DNA of 64,000 nt, taken from the NCBI GenBank assembly GCA_965218775.1, contig CBDCLS010000005.1, forward strand, positions 702,498 to 766,497. The letters are read 5' to 3'. A model generated the notes under the pieces. It saw only the letters and a list, made by a program, of their open reading frames with translations, was not told the origin of the DNA and did no database searches. This document shows, piece by piece, positions 10,041 through 18,439 of this stretch. The translations under genes were made by a program, and so were the position numbers. Each line of letters starts with the position of its first letter. The first letter of the stretch is position 1. This DNA is from Acidobacteriota bacterium (GTDB lineage: Bacteria > Acidobacteriota > UBA6911 > RPQK01 > JAJDTT01).

Positions 10041-11303
10041 ATGCCCTTGGAAGATCTATTTCGTAGTCGGGAGGCCCTGAAGCGTTTTCGAATGGCGCCA
10101 CTGGGTGCGGAGATGGACCGCTTCGGTGAGTGGCTTCGCGAGCAAGGATTCTGTCGTGACGTGGTGCGCCGCCGAGTCTGGCAAGTGTCGCACTTCAATC
10201 AATACCTTCGAGACGGGGGCCTCCAAGCGGCTCGCGAGGTGGACGAAGAGCTCGCGCAACAGTTTATCGGCCAGCATCTGCCACGCTGCCGATGTGGCGG
10301 TGGGCGGCGGCGCCAACACGGGGAGGTCCCGAGGTCGGTTCGCTGCTTCTTGACGTATCTGTGCGAGCGAGATCTGCTCGCGCCTTGCCCCCAGCCGGCA
10401 TTGGAGCTACCCGGCGTTCTGGAGGAGTTTCTAGAGTACTTGAAGGGCGAAGGCGGCCGGGCTCAGAGGACGATCGATCTGCACCGCCGTTATCTGCTGG
10501 CTTTCCTGGAGGAGGTGGGTGTCGCTTCCGATCGGCAAGCTTTGGCTCAACTGAGACCGGAGCAGGTTCAAGCCGGCTTCGCCCACGTCACCGAAGGCCG
10601 GGGCAAAAGCCTCCCTCGACGCCTGCAAGGCATCTTACGCAACTTCTTCCGCTTCGCTCATCAGCACGGGTCCCTCCAGCGCGATCTGGCACAGGCCGTG
10701 CCCCCGATCCGCAGCTACCGGCTGTCGCACGTTCCCCAGGGTCTGTCCGAGCAGCAAGCCCGGAAGCTGCTCGAGGGCATCGATCGGACGACGGCCCTGG
10801 GCCGGCGCGATTTTGCCATCCTCCAACTGCTGGACACCTACGGAGTCCGAGGAGGCCAGATTCGCGCCCTCCGACTTCAAGACCTCCGCTGGAGAGAGCA
10901 GCAGATCCACTTTCCCGCCCACAAGGGAGGCAAGCCGGTGCGGGTGCCGCTGACCGAGGCAGCCGGCGAAGCCGTCCTGGAGTACCTTCGTCAGGGACGT
11001 CCGCCCGCTCCCTACCCGGAAGTCTTCTTGACCGCCAAGGCCCCGATTCACCCGCTGACCGAGCCGTCTACGGTTTCGGTGATGGTGGCCTCTCGCCTGC
11101 GCCAAGCCGGGATCGACGGATCTGCCAAAGGCTCTCATGCCTTCCGTTATGGCTTCGCCACCCGGATGCTCGCTCAGGGGCAATCCCTCAAGACGATCGC
11201 CGATCTGCTGGGGCACCGTCACATCAACAGCAGCTTCCTCTACACCAAAGTCGACCTGAGCCGGCTCCGAGACTTGCCCCTGCCCTGGCCGGAGGAGGTG
11301 TAA
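10041..11303 (+). CDS. RIT tyrosine recombinase A
   Basis: SD AAGGAGG; YGVRGGQ, HKGG, HAFRY, LGH...FLY catalytic set. Confidence 0.93.
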   Translation: MPLEDLFRSREALKRFRMAPLGAEMDRFGEWLREQGFCRDVVRRRVWQVSHFNQYLRDGGLQAAREVDEELAQQFIGQHLPRCRCGGGRRRQHGEVPRSVRCFLTYLCERDLLAPCPQPALELPGVLEEFLEYLKGEGGRAQRTIDLHRRYLLAFLEEVGVASDRQALAQLRPEQVQAGFAHVTEGRGKSLPRRLQGILRNFFRFAHQHGSLQRDLAQAVPPIRSYRLSHVPQGLSEQQARKLLEGIDRTTALGRRDFAILQLLDTYGVRGGQIRALRLQDLRWREQQIHFPAHKGGKPVRVPLTEAAGEAVLEYLRQGRPPAPYPEVFLTAKAPIHPLTEPSTVSVMVASRLRQAGIDGSAKGSHAFRYGFATRMLAQGQSLKTIADLLGHRHINSSFLYTKVDLSRLRDLPLPWPEEV

Positions 11304-11305
11304 TC

Positions 11306-12283
11306 ATGCCCCAGTCAAACTTTCTCAGCACGCTGGCCGAGCGCCTTGGTGCCTACGTCGAGTTTCGAACTCTGGGCGGCGTCGACGCCCGCGCTCAGAT
11401 CCAACTGCTGCGACCTTTCGACCGCTTCCTTCAGCAGGAAGGGTTTCAAGGGCCGTGGCCCACGCGCGATCTCCTGCAGCGCTATCTCAGCACGCTCGAG
11501 CCCCTGCACCCAGGCTCGCGCGGAAACCGCCTGGCCGTCGTGCGCCAGTTCTGTCGCTACCTGCGTCAGTTTGAACCCGAAGCTTACCTCCCGCCACGCA
11601 TCCGCTCCCTGGAGCGCCGGCCCCTACGGGTTCCCCATATCTATACCCAAAGCGAGATCCAAGCGCTGCTACAGGCGGCGCGCCGTTTGGGGCCTTCGGG
11701 CTCGTTGCGACCCCAGACTTACTGGACTTTCTTCGGACTGCTGTACACCACCGGGCTGCGTTGCGGCGAGGCCTTTGCCCTGAATCTAGGCGATCTTGAT
11801 CTGCCGCAGCAGTTGCTTTACATCCACCGGGGCAAGTTCGGCAAGTCGCGTCTGGTTCCCCTCTCGGCTTCCACCTCGCGGGTGCTGGGGCGCTACCGCA
11901 AGCAGCGTTGCCGAGCCTATCCGCGGGGATCAGACCGTCCCCTGTTCGTCACCCTCACCGGACACCGTCTGTATCATACCAACGCTGATTTTGCCCTCCG
12001 GCAATGTCTCAGCCGCTGCGGTTTGCGCGGGGGAAAGGGGTGTCCCGGGCCCCGCCTCCATGACCTGCGTCACAGCTATGCCTCGACGCGCCTGCTCAGT
12101 TGGTATCGGGAGGGCAAAGACCCGCAGGCGCTGTTGCCGCTTCTGGCCACTTATCTGGGCCATGTTAGCGTCACCTCGACTCAAGTCTACCTCCGAGCTA
12201 CGGCGGAGTTACTCGAGCAGGCCCAAGAGCGTTTCCGGGCGAACTTTCGCCAAAACATCTTGCCGAAGGGAGAAGCACCATGA
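11306..12283 (+). CDS. RIT tyrosine recombinase B
   Basis: ATG 2 nt after the A stop, SD GGAGG; TGLRCGE, GKFGK, HDLRHS, LGH...TQVY. Confidence 0.93.
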   Translation: MPQSNFLSTLAERLGAYVEFRTLGGVDARAQIQLLRPFDRFLQQEGFQGPWPTRDLLQRYLSTLEPLHPGSRGNRLAVVRQFCRYLRQFEPEAYLPPRIRSLERRPLRVPHIYTQSEIQALLQAARRLGPSGSLRPQTYWTFFGLLYTTGLRCGEAFALNLGDLDLPQQLLYIHRGKFGKSRLVPLSASTSRVLGRYRKQRCRAYPRGSDRPLFVTLTGHRLYHTNADFALRQCLSRCGLRGGKGCPGPRLHDLRHSYASTRLLSWYREGKDPQALLPLLATYLGHVSVTSTQVYLRATAELLEQAQERFRANFRQNILPKGEAP

Positions 12284-13353
12284 ACGCCACCCACCTGATC
12301 GCCCGTTTCGTCGAGGGATTTTTCCACGACTACCTCGCCGGACAAAGGGGGCTGAGTCGCAATACCATTGTTAGTTACCGGGACGCTCTGAAGCTCTTTC
12401 TCCGCTTTGCCCGTGAGCGTCTGGGCAAACCCGTCGATAAGCTCACCGTCGAGGACGTCGACCACCAAGTGGTCACCGCCTTTCTGGAGCACCTCGAAGT
12501 CTCCCGAGGCAATAGCCCTCGAACGCGCAACAACCGGCTGGCTGCCCTGCATAGTTTCTTCCGCTATGTGGGCGAACAAGAGCCGTTGCTCTTGGGCCGC
12601 TCTCAGCGCATCTGCGCCATTCCCCTGAAGCGGACCGAGCACCGAACTATCGACTATCTCGAGGATCAGGAGCTGCGGGCTCTGCTCGAGAGCGTCGATC
12701 AGAGCTCGCGAAACGGCCGGCGAGATTATGCCCTGCTCCTGTTTCTGTACAACACCGGTGCCCGGGTTCAAGAAGCGGTCGACCTCGAGCGGACCGACTT
12801 ACGTCTGGAGGCCCCGTTCCAGGTCCGCCTCACCGGCAAAGGCAACAAAGAGCGCGTCTGCCCGCTCTGGCCCGAGACGGTGGCCGCCTTGCAAACCTAT
12901 CTGGGGGGCCGAGATCCCGATCCCGCGGACATGCCCTCTGTTTTTGTCAATGCCCAGGGCCGGCCGATTACCCGTTTTGGGATTCGCTATATTGTGCGTC
13001 GACACGGAGCCCAAGCGGCACAGAGCTGTCCTTCGATCCAAGCCAAGCGCCTCAGTCCTCACCTGCTGAGACACTCGACGGCGATGCACCTTCTACAGTC
13101 GGGCAACGATCTCAGTGTCGTCAAGGACTGGATGGGTCATGCGGATCTGAACACCACTCACGGCTATGTGGAGATCGACATGAAGATGAAACGCAAAGCG
13201 CTGCAGGCCGCCGAAGCCCCTCACGTCAAAACGCCGGCCAGCCGCCGTTCCAAATGGCTCCAGCCGGGCATCCTCCAATGGCTCGATGAACTCTCAAAGG
13301 AGGCCAGTATTATGTGCAGTACTGCACCGACCTCGGCTACCGTCAAAGGTTGA
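12280..13353 (+). CDS. RIT tyrosine recombinase C
   Basis: ATGA overlap with B; TGARVQE, GKGNK, HLLRHS, MGH...THGY. Confidence 0.95.
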   Translation: MNATHLIARFVEGFFHDYLAGQRGLSRNTIVSYRDALKLFLRFARERLGKPVDKLTVEDVDHQVVTAFLEHLEVSRGNSPRTRNNRLAALHSFFRYVGEQEPLLLGRSQRICAIPLKRTEHRTIDYLEDQELRALLESVDQSSRNGRRDYALLLFLYNTGARVQEAVDLERTDLRLEAPFQVRLTGKGNKERVCPLWPETVAALQTYLGGRDPDPADMPSVFVNAQGRPITRFGIRYIVRRHGAQAAQSCPSIQAKRLSPHLLRHSTAMHLLQSGNDLSVVKDWMGHADLNTTHGYVEIDMKMKRKALQAAEAPHVKTPASRRSKWLQPGILQWLDELSKEASIMCSTAPTSATVKG

Positions 13354-13413
13354 CTGATGGGCATCGTAGCGATCTCAGGGAGGACCTACTTCACATAACG
13401 CAACGCTTTACAT

Positions 13414-13449
13414 GTCATCCCTTATGTGGAGCTCCACATAAGGGATGAC
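13414..13449. repeat. 36-bp perfect palindrome at the RIT right junction
   Basis: gtcatcccttatgtggag|ctccacataagggatgac. Confidence 0.95.
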
Positions 13450-13972
13450 TATTGAGCTCGTCGCCATAGGTCTGGATCGCCACCACCGCCCCTGGAACGG
13501 AGCCTTTGCCGAGCGCCGCCTCGGCGTTTTGGCGTAGGCTGATCCAGGCACAGCGACTGAGTTGGCCCAACAACTTACGATCTTTTCGAAAGGCCGGGCG
13601 CAAGACGCGGGGAATAGTCCAGACGTACTGGCGATGATCGACCGGTTCCAGGACTGCTTCGGTCACCCACTCGACAAAAGCGGCCACCCGCTCGCTTTGG
13701 CATGAAGGACAAAAATATCTGGTCTTGCAAGAGAACGCTAACACCGCCTGGTGCGCACATTGCGTACACTTGAGGCGGGCAAAACCGTGGCGCAAGAGGC
13801 CGCACTCCAAGAAGCGCTGAACGGTCTTCTCCACCACCGAGCGCAAGGGTCCATACTCGGATTCATAGAAATAAGGGTAACTCTCCTTGAACTCGTCCCA
13901 ATAGTCCTGCAGACACTGGAAAAAGGGGGTGCTCTCAGGATGGCGGGGCCGGTAGCTGCCGAGGGACATCAA
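13443..13972 (-). pseudogene. IS91-like transposase, N-terminal part (Zn-binding domain through ...QTYGDELNSH)
   Basis: CGLLRHGFARLKCTQC...FSCKTRYFCPSC...HRQYVWTIP motif typical of the IS91 Zn-binding domain. Confidence 0.9.
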
Positions 13973-14084
13973 CTACCGGAAACGCTGGCGGGGCCAAAGC
14001 TATGAGGTCAATTCAGTCTCGACGGGTTCGGAGCCCAGCGAGAAATCTCGCTGAGCTGGAGGCATCCAACTGCCGCTTCCTGGC

Positions 14085-14135
14085 TCAGGAGAGCGTGGCT
14101 TCAAGGTCATGAAGAGACCAGATGAGCTGGGTCAC
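14085..14135 (-). pseudogene. Truncated RelE/ParE-like toxin remnant
   Basis: GTG overlaps the antitoxin stop (GTGA); MTQLIWSLHDLEATLS* resembles a ParE N-terminus. Confidence 0.5.
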
Positions 14136-14314
14136 AGCTCGAGCCGACGCTTGACCTCTTCGTGCGGGAGGCCTTCGCCCCGATCGAGCTCGGCCAGCCC
14201 TGTCTCAATCTTGGCCATGAACAGCAGCCGCTCAATTGCCTCGTCGACTGTAGCGTCTGGAGGAAGCTCCCGGAGTGCCTCGATCATGCGGTCCCGGGTG
14301 TTCTGAACAGGCAT
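14132..14314 (-). CDS. Small putative antitoxin
   Basis: 60 aa, ALRELPPDATVDEAIERLLFMAKIETGLAELDRGEGLPHEEVKRRL, with SD GGAGGT; a type commonly found upstream of ParE/RelE. Confidence 0.7.
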   Translation of the reverse strand: MPVQNTRDRMIEALRELPPDATVDEAIERLLFMAKIETGLAELDRGEGLPHEEVKRRLEL

Positions 14315-14478
14315 CACACCTCCATGCTAGAGCAATTGGCTACTACGAACAAAGTACCACGCGGGGATGCCTCTCACTCAAGGTCAGCCCAACCACTGAA
14401 TATGTTGGTCAGCACTATCCCAGTTGCATGGATGAAATGGTTTCTGTTGTCGAAGCTGCTCCGTCCCTGCCCCGGAAC

Positions 14479-15654
14479 TCAATCGCTGGGAGGGAGCCTG
14501 GAATCCAGATGGGAATCGGATGCAAGAATCTCCGCCTCGGGAAAACCCAGCTCCTTCCTGACCAGATTGGTACCCTCCACCAGCGCAACGCATTTGTAGA
14601 AAGCGATCCGGCGTGAGATTCCTTCTCGTCCGAAGCCGCAATCCGACGTCACCATCAAGCGCTCCACGGGAATGTGACGCAGAGCCTTGCGGATGAGCTC
14701 AGCCACCACTTCAGGTGGCTCGACCACAGTGTTGGTGTGACTGACCGCTCCTATGGCGATCTTCTTGTCGGTGGGATACTTTTCGAAAAGCGGCAGATCA
14801 CGTCCGCCGGTGCTGGCACACTCGAATGTGATCACGTCGGCATCGAGTTCGAGCAGGTGAGGCAAGGCCGCCTCGTAACTAGGACGCTCCCAGAACAGGC
14901 TCTGCTGATTAGGATTACCCCAACAGGTATGGACCCAGATTTCGGCCTTTACCCCCTCGACCTCCCGATTGAAGGCCTCGGTAAAGAAATCCAGGTCGGC
15001 TGGGGTGGTCTTCGGATTCAAGGCGCGGAAATGGTGCTGAGGCTCCTCTACCTGGATCAGACCACAGCCGGCGGCCACCACTTCTTTCAATTCCGCGTTG
15101 ATGATCGAAGCCAGATCCATGATCAACTCGCGGTCGGAGGAATACGCCTGGTTCCACAACATGCTGGAGAGGGACTGGGCACTGATACCGCCAAACTTCA
15201 CGGGACGACCAACTAATCGCTGAGCGGCCTTCCAGACCGCGGCGTACTCAAGGGGTCCGCGTTCGAGCTTCTCCACCGCCGTAGGGGCTTGATAACCCTC
15301 CTGTACCTCCCAAAGGATCTTTCCCGGACGAAGATCCAGTCGCTCTGACCATCCGGGAGCGGTATCCCGATGTCCTTCGATGCCGGAGATTCGCTCCAGG
15401 GGATAGAAGAACCAGGACCTCCCGCCCACATCCAGGTCGAATCGGCAGTCACCATCCGTGAGTATGTCCAGCCCGGCCCGCACCTGATCATTGAGAATGC
15501 AGGCAACGGCATCCAGGTACTGTTCGCGATAACTCGCATCCGTCAATGCCAGCTTGAAGGCCCGCCCCTTGAGACTCTCCTGAAACCACTGGGGCCTCGG
15601 ATAGGAGCCGACGATTGTCGTGGGAAGCAGTGTATTCTTGGTGATTCCAAGCAT
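14479..15654 (-). CDS. Cobalamin-independent methionine synthase II family protein (catalytic domain only)
   Basis: TTIVGSYPRP, DILTDG, HTCWGN, FECA, SDCGFG Zn ligands; no N-terminal folate-binding half. Confidence 0.85.
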   Translation of the reverse strand: MLGITKNTLLPTTIVGSYPRPQWFQESLKGRAFKLALTDASYREQYLDAVACILNDQVRAGLDILTDGDCRFDLDVGGRSWFFYPLERISGIEGHRDTAPGWSERLDLRPGKILWEVQEGYQAPTAVEKLERGPLEYAAVWKAAQRLVGRPVKFGGISAQSLSSMLWNQAYSSDRELIMDLASIINAELKEVVAAGCGLIQVEEPQHHFRALNPKTTPADLDFFTEAFNREVEGVKAEIWVHTCWGNPNQQSLFWERPSYEAALPHLLELDADVITFECASTGGRDLPLFEKYPTDKKIAIGAVSHTNTVVEPPEVVAELIRKALRHIPVERLMVTSDCGFGREGISRRIAFYKCVALVEGTNLVRKELGFPEAEILASDSHLDSRLPPSD

Positions 15655-15727
15655 CGTTGTCCTTTGAGTCCAGTCCTACGGTACGATAATAGCGCTTAAG
15701 ATCAAAGATACCGGTACTCCTTTCTCG

Positions 15728-17134
15728 ATGGCTGATAAACGACCGAACATTCTCTGGTATTGCACCGACCAGCAACGTTTCGACACCATCGGTGCGCTGG
15801 GAAATCCCTACGTACGGACTCCAACCCTGGATCGGCTGGTGGCCAGTGGCACCGCCTTTACCCACGCCTACTGCCAGAGTCCCATTTGTACGCCCAGTCG
15901 ATCGAGCTTCATGACGGGAATGTATCCAGGCCGGATTCACAACTGCCGCAACGGGAATGACTCGTTCAACAACCACCCGAAGCTGATTTCCAAGCAGCTC
16001 GCCGATAGTGGCTATGACTGTGGAATGGTAGGAAAGTTCCACCTCCAGAGCGCGGCCAACCGCACTGAGCCTCGTCTTGATGACGGTTACCGCTACTGGA
16101 GATTCAGCCACGCCCCCCGTGACGACTGGGCCCAGGGCCATGACTACGCCGATTGGGTACGCCGCCAGGCTGGCGACCTGGACTCACTTCGGGTCGGTGA
16201 AGACAGAGTCCCATCCCATCTGCATCAGACCAAGTGGGCCTCGGACTGCGCCATCGAGTTCATCACCCAGGAAGGGGATCAACCCTGGATGTTGACGGTC
16301 AACGTCTACGATCCCCACCCACCTTTCATTCCTCCCCGAAGCTACGCGCAACGGTTCGATGCCGACTCCCTTCCCGGCCCCCACTTTCGGGACACCGATC
16401 TGCAACAACAGAGGCAGCTCGAATCCCTCGATTTCCAGACTCAGGTGAAGCCGCCCTCGGAGTTCGAGGGGCAGCAACAGCAGGCTCTGTATTATGCCAT
16501 GATCGCTCAGATCGATGATCAGCTCGAGCGGATTCTGGCCTGCCTGGAGGAAACGGGAGAGCGAGAGAATACAGTGATTATCTTCACCAGCGACCACGGT
16601 GAGATGCTGGGCGATCATGGCTTGCTCTATAAGGGCTGCCGGTTCTACGAGGGGCTGGTTCGGGTTCCCTTGATCTTCAGCTGGAAGGGCCAGATTGAAG
16701 CGGGTTTGAGAAGCAATGCCCTGGTAGAACTGATCGATAAATCGGCAACGATTCTAGACCTGGCAGGCGTCCCAGCTCCGGCTCAGCTTCAGGGCAAGAG
16801 CCTCATCCCGATCCTGAGGGGTGAAAAGCCACCGAACCACCATCGCGAATTCGTCCGCTGCGAATACTACGACGCGCTCGATTCAGCCTTCGTCCCGGGC
16901 ACCGGAGACGGAACCTTCGCCACGATGTATCGAGACCGACGCTATAAGCTCTGCCTCTATCACGGCCACCAATTGGGCGAGCTCTACGACCTCGAAGAAG
17001 ATCCCTGGGAATTCAACAATCTCTGGAACCATCCCGATCACAGCCGTCTCAGATCCGATCTAATACACGCCAGCTTCGACGCCACCATGCTGTCCTCAGT
17101 GGATGTAGGAAGCCAGCGCATTGGCCCCTACTAA
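15728..17134 (+). CDS. Sulfatase (formylglycine-dependent)
   Basis: RPNILW..TDQQR, CTPSRSS (CxPxR), GKFHL, DHGEMLGDHG. Confidence 0.93.
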   Translation: MADKRPNILWYCTDQQRFDTIGALGNPYVRTPTLDRLVASGTAFTHAYCQSPICTPSRSSFMTGMYPGRIHNCRNGNDSFNNHPKLISKQLADSGYDCGMVGKFHLQSAANRTEPRLDDGYRYWRFSHAPRDDWAQGHDYADWVRRQAGDLDSLRVGEDRVPSHLHQTKWASDCAIEFITQEGDQPWMLTVNVYDPHPPFIPPRSYAQRFDADSLPGPHFRDTDLQQQRQLESLDFQTQVKPPSEFEGQQQQALYYAMIAQIDDQLERILACLEETGERENTVIIFTSDHGEMLGDHGLLYKGCRFYEGLVRVPLIFSWKGQIEAGLRSNALVELIDKSATILDLAGVPAPAQLQGKSLIPILRGEKPPNHHREFVRCEYYDALDSAFVPGTGDGTFATMYRDRRYKLCLYHGHQLGELYDLEEDPWEFNNLWNHPDHSRLRSDLIHASFDATMLSSVDVGSQRIGPY

Positions 17135-17139
17135 GCCGA

Positions 17140-17242
17140 AACTTCATTGGCGAACGTAGCTTTGGCCTCCAGGCCGAAGTCTTATTCTTCCGAGCCTTTG
17201 GCTCGGACGGCGGCCTGGAGCCCACCGCTACGCCAGACCCAA
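17140..17242 (+). repeat. REP doublet (REPIN-like) copy 1
   Basis: GTAGC-ttggcctccaggccga...ccgagcctttggctcgg...cggcctggagcccaccGCTAC; 101/103 nt identical to the reverse complement of 57996-58098. Confidence 0.85.
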
Positions 17243-17365
17243 AGTTCCCTCGTGAATGATCCGGTTCGCAGCCGGGGGATGGGCCAACCGGAAACTTCAT
17301 CGGCAAGAAGAAGGGGTAAGAATCAGCATCTGATAGAGCGGTGTTCTACTACAAGGGTCACTGGA

Positions 17366-18268
17366 TCATCTCCGTAGCCCACGTAGAATCGCCAGCGGAG
17401 CCTGTTCCGGAAGAACCTGAGCCCGGCGGGAAACAATCAGAGTCTGTTCCAGTGCGAATCGACCAGACAAGGCCGCATGGGGGACGATGTCTGTAAAAAC
17501 CAGCCAGCTTGAGCCGGGTGGAAAATCCCAGGAATAGGTCGGGAAGTCGCTCAAGAGGCTCTGGTTTTCCTTGAGGTAGTGGTGAAGCCGGAGCATGAAA
17601 TCGTCATAGGAAGATCCTATCCGTACCGAGAACCCCAGCTTGCGAAGCTGCATCTTCAGGAACCTCGCCGCCTGGCTTGTGGCTCCCGGGGCGGCGAGCA
17701 GATGACTGGGAATACTCCCCTTCCCTTGCAGGTATTGGATGAGTTGGGGGAAGGGATCGGCCGTCAACCAGCTTCTGTGTTGATCCGGGTTGATATTCGT
17801 AAAGAAACGGAGAATCCGATCCCCCTCAGTCGGCCGTGTGGGAAAGGAATCGACGTGCAGCAAATCGTTTCTGGCTCGCAGCCGGACCTCCCGTCCTTCT
17901 TCCTGCTGCGGCCGAAAGCTGGCGTAGTCCACCTTCCAATTCGTTGCATATTCGGGCAACAGCCTGCCAAGAAAACTGATGGCCGCCCCCGAATAGCGTC
18001 GCATGGCTGCGAGCAGATGCTCCCTATCCGTTTCAGAGCCCTTCTTGAATCCCGTGATGCGGTCCAGGTAGGGGCGATAGGCGATGTTCTTGTGAAACTG
18101 AGCCCCGGTCTGTCTCTGACTCAGCAGAAACTCACGATCCGCGTCTGCCAGCTGGAAAGGCAGGTCTTCGAAAAAGAGGATATTCCCCTCCTCCAAAAGT
18201 CGGTAGTAATCTGCCGACGTCCCCTCCTTCTCTTCTCCCGAAGGTCCCTCGACCGGAACGAGCCGCAT
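17366..18268 (-). CDS. Kdo hydroxylase family protein (KdoO-like)
   Basis: LEEGNILFF, DLLHVDSFPTRPT..RILRFFTNIN, LRLHHYLKEN, FTDIVPHAALSGRFALEQT. Confidence 0.8.
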   Translation of the reverse strand: MRLVPVEGPSGEEKEGTSADYYRLLEEGNILFFEDLPFQLADADREFLLSQRQTGAQFHKNIAYRPYLDRITGFKKGSETDREHLLAAMRRYSGAAISFLGRLLPEYATNWKVDYASFRPQQEEGREVRLRARNDLLHVDSFPTRPTEGDRILRFFTNINPDQHRSWLTADPFPQLIQYLQGKGSIPSHLLAAPGATSQAARFLKMQLRKLGFSVRIGSSYDDFMLRLHHYLKENQSLLSDFPTYSWDFPPGSSWLVFTDIVPHAALSGRFALEQTLIVSRRAQVLPEQAPLAILRGLRR

Positions 18269-18439
18269 AACCGAGAGTCTAGAAGTCCGAAAAGGTCAGA
18301 GTCAACCAGCGCCAGTAGCTCTGTCCTGGCTTCCAGACTCCTCTTCCTCTTGGGACTTGGTCCCTGAGTTGACCATGCCAAGGGTTTCCTCCGTAGATCG
18401 CTTTCGCCGGGGGTGATGACCAAGGGCGCACAACCGTCG

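Larger units (their letters stand above)
9877..13418 (+). mobile_element. Complete RIT (recombinase-in-trio) element, copy 2
   Basis: Three overlapping or adjacent tyrosine recombinases bounded by 31-bp IRs (9877-9907 and 13388-13418, 2 mismatches); interrupts the IS91-like transposase. Confidence 0.93.

Noticed and set aside
10292-11305. 663-aa ORF 10292-12283 as one protein
   Set aside because: The first 338 codons are an alternate frame over integrase A; the real gene starts at ATG 11306 with an SD.
9140-13972. IS91-like transposase as the mobiliser of the REP doublets
   Set aside because: It is a Y2 HUH enzyme rather than a RAYT, is not flanked by the REPs, and is broken.
15655-15727. 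Cobalamin or SAM riboswitch upstream of the MetE-like genes
   Set aside because: Only 73 bp separate the divergent genes and no riboswitch consensus is visible; none is seen upstream of 20779 either.
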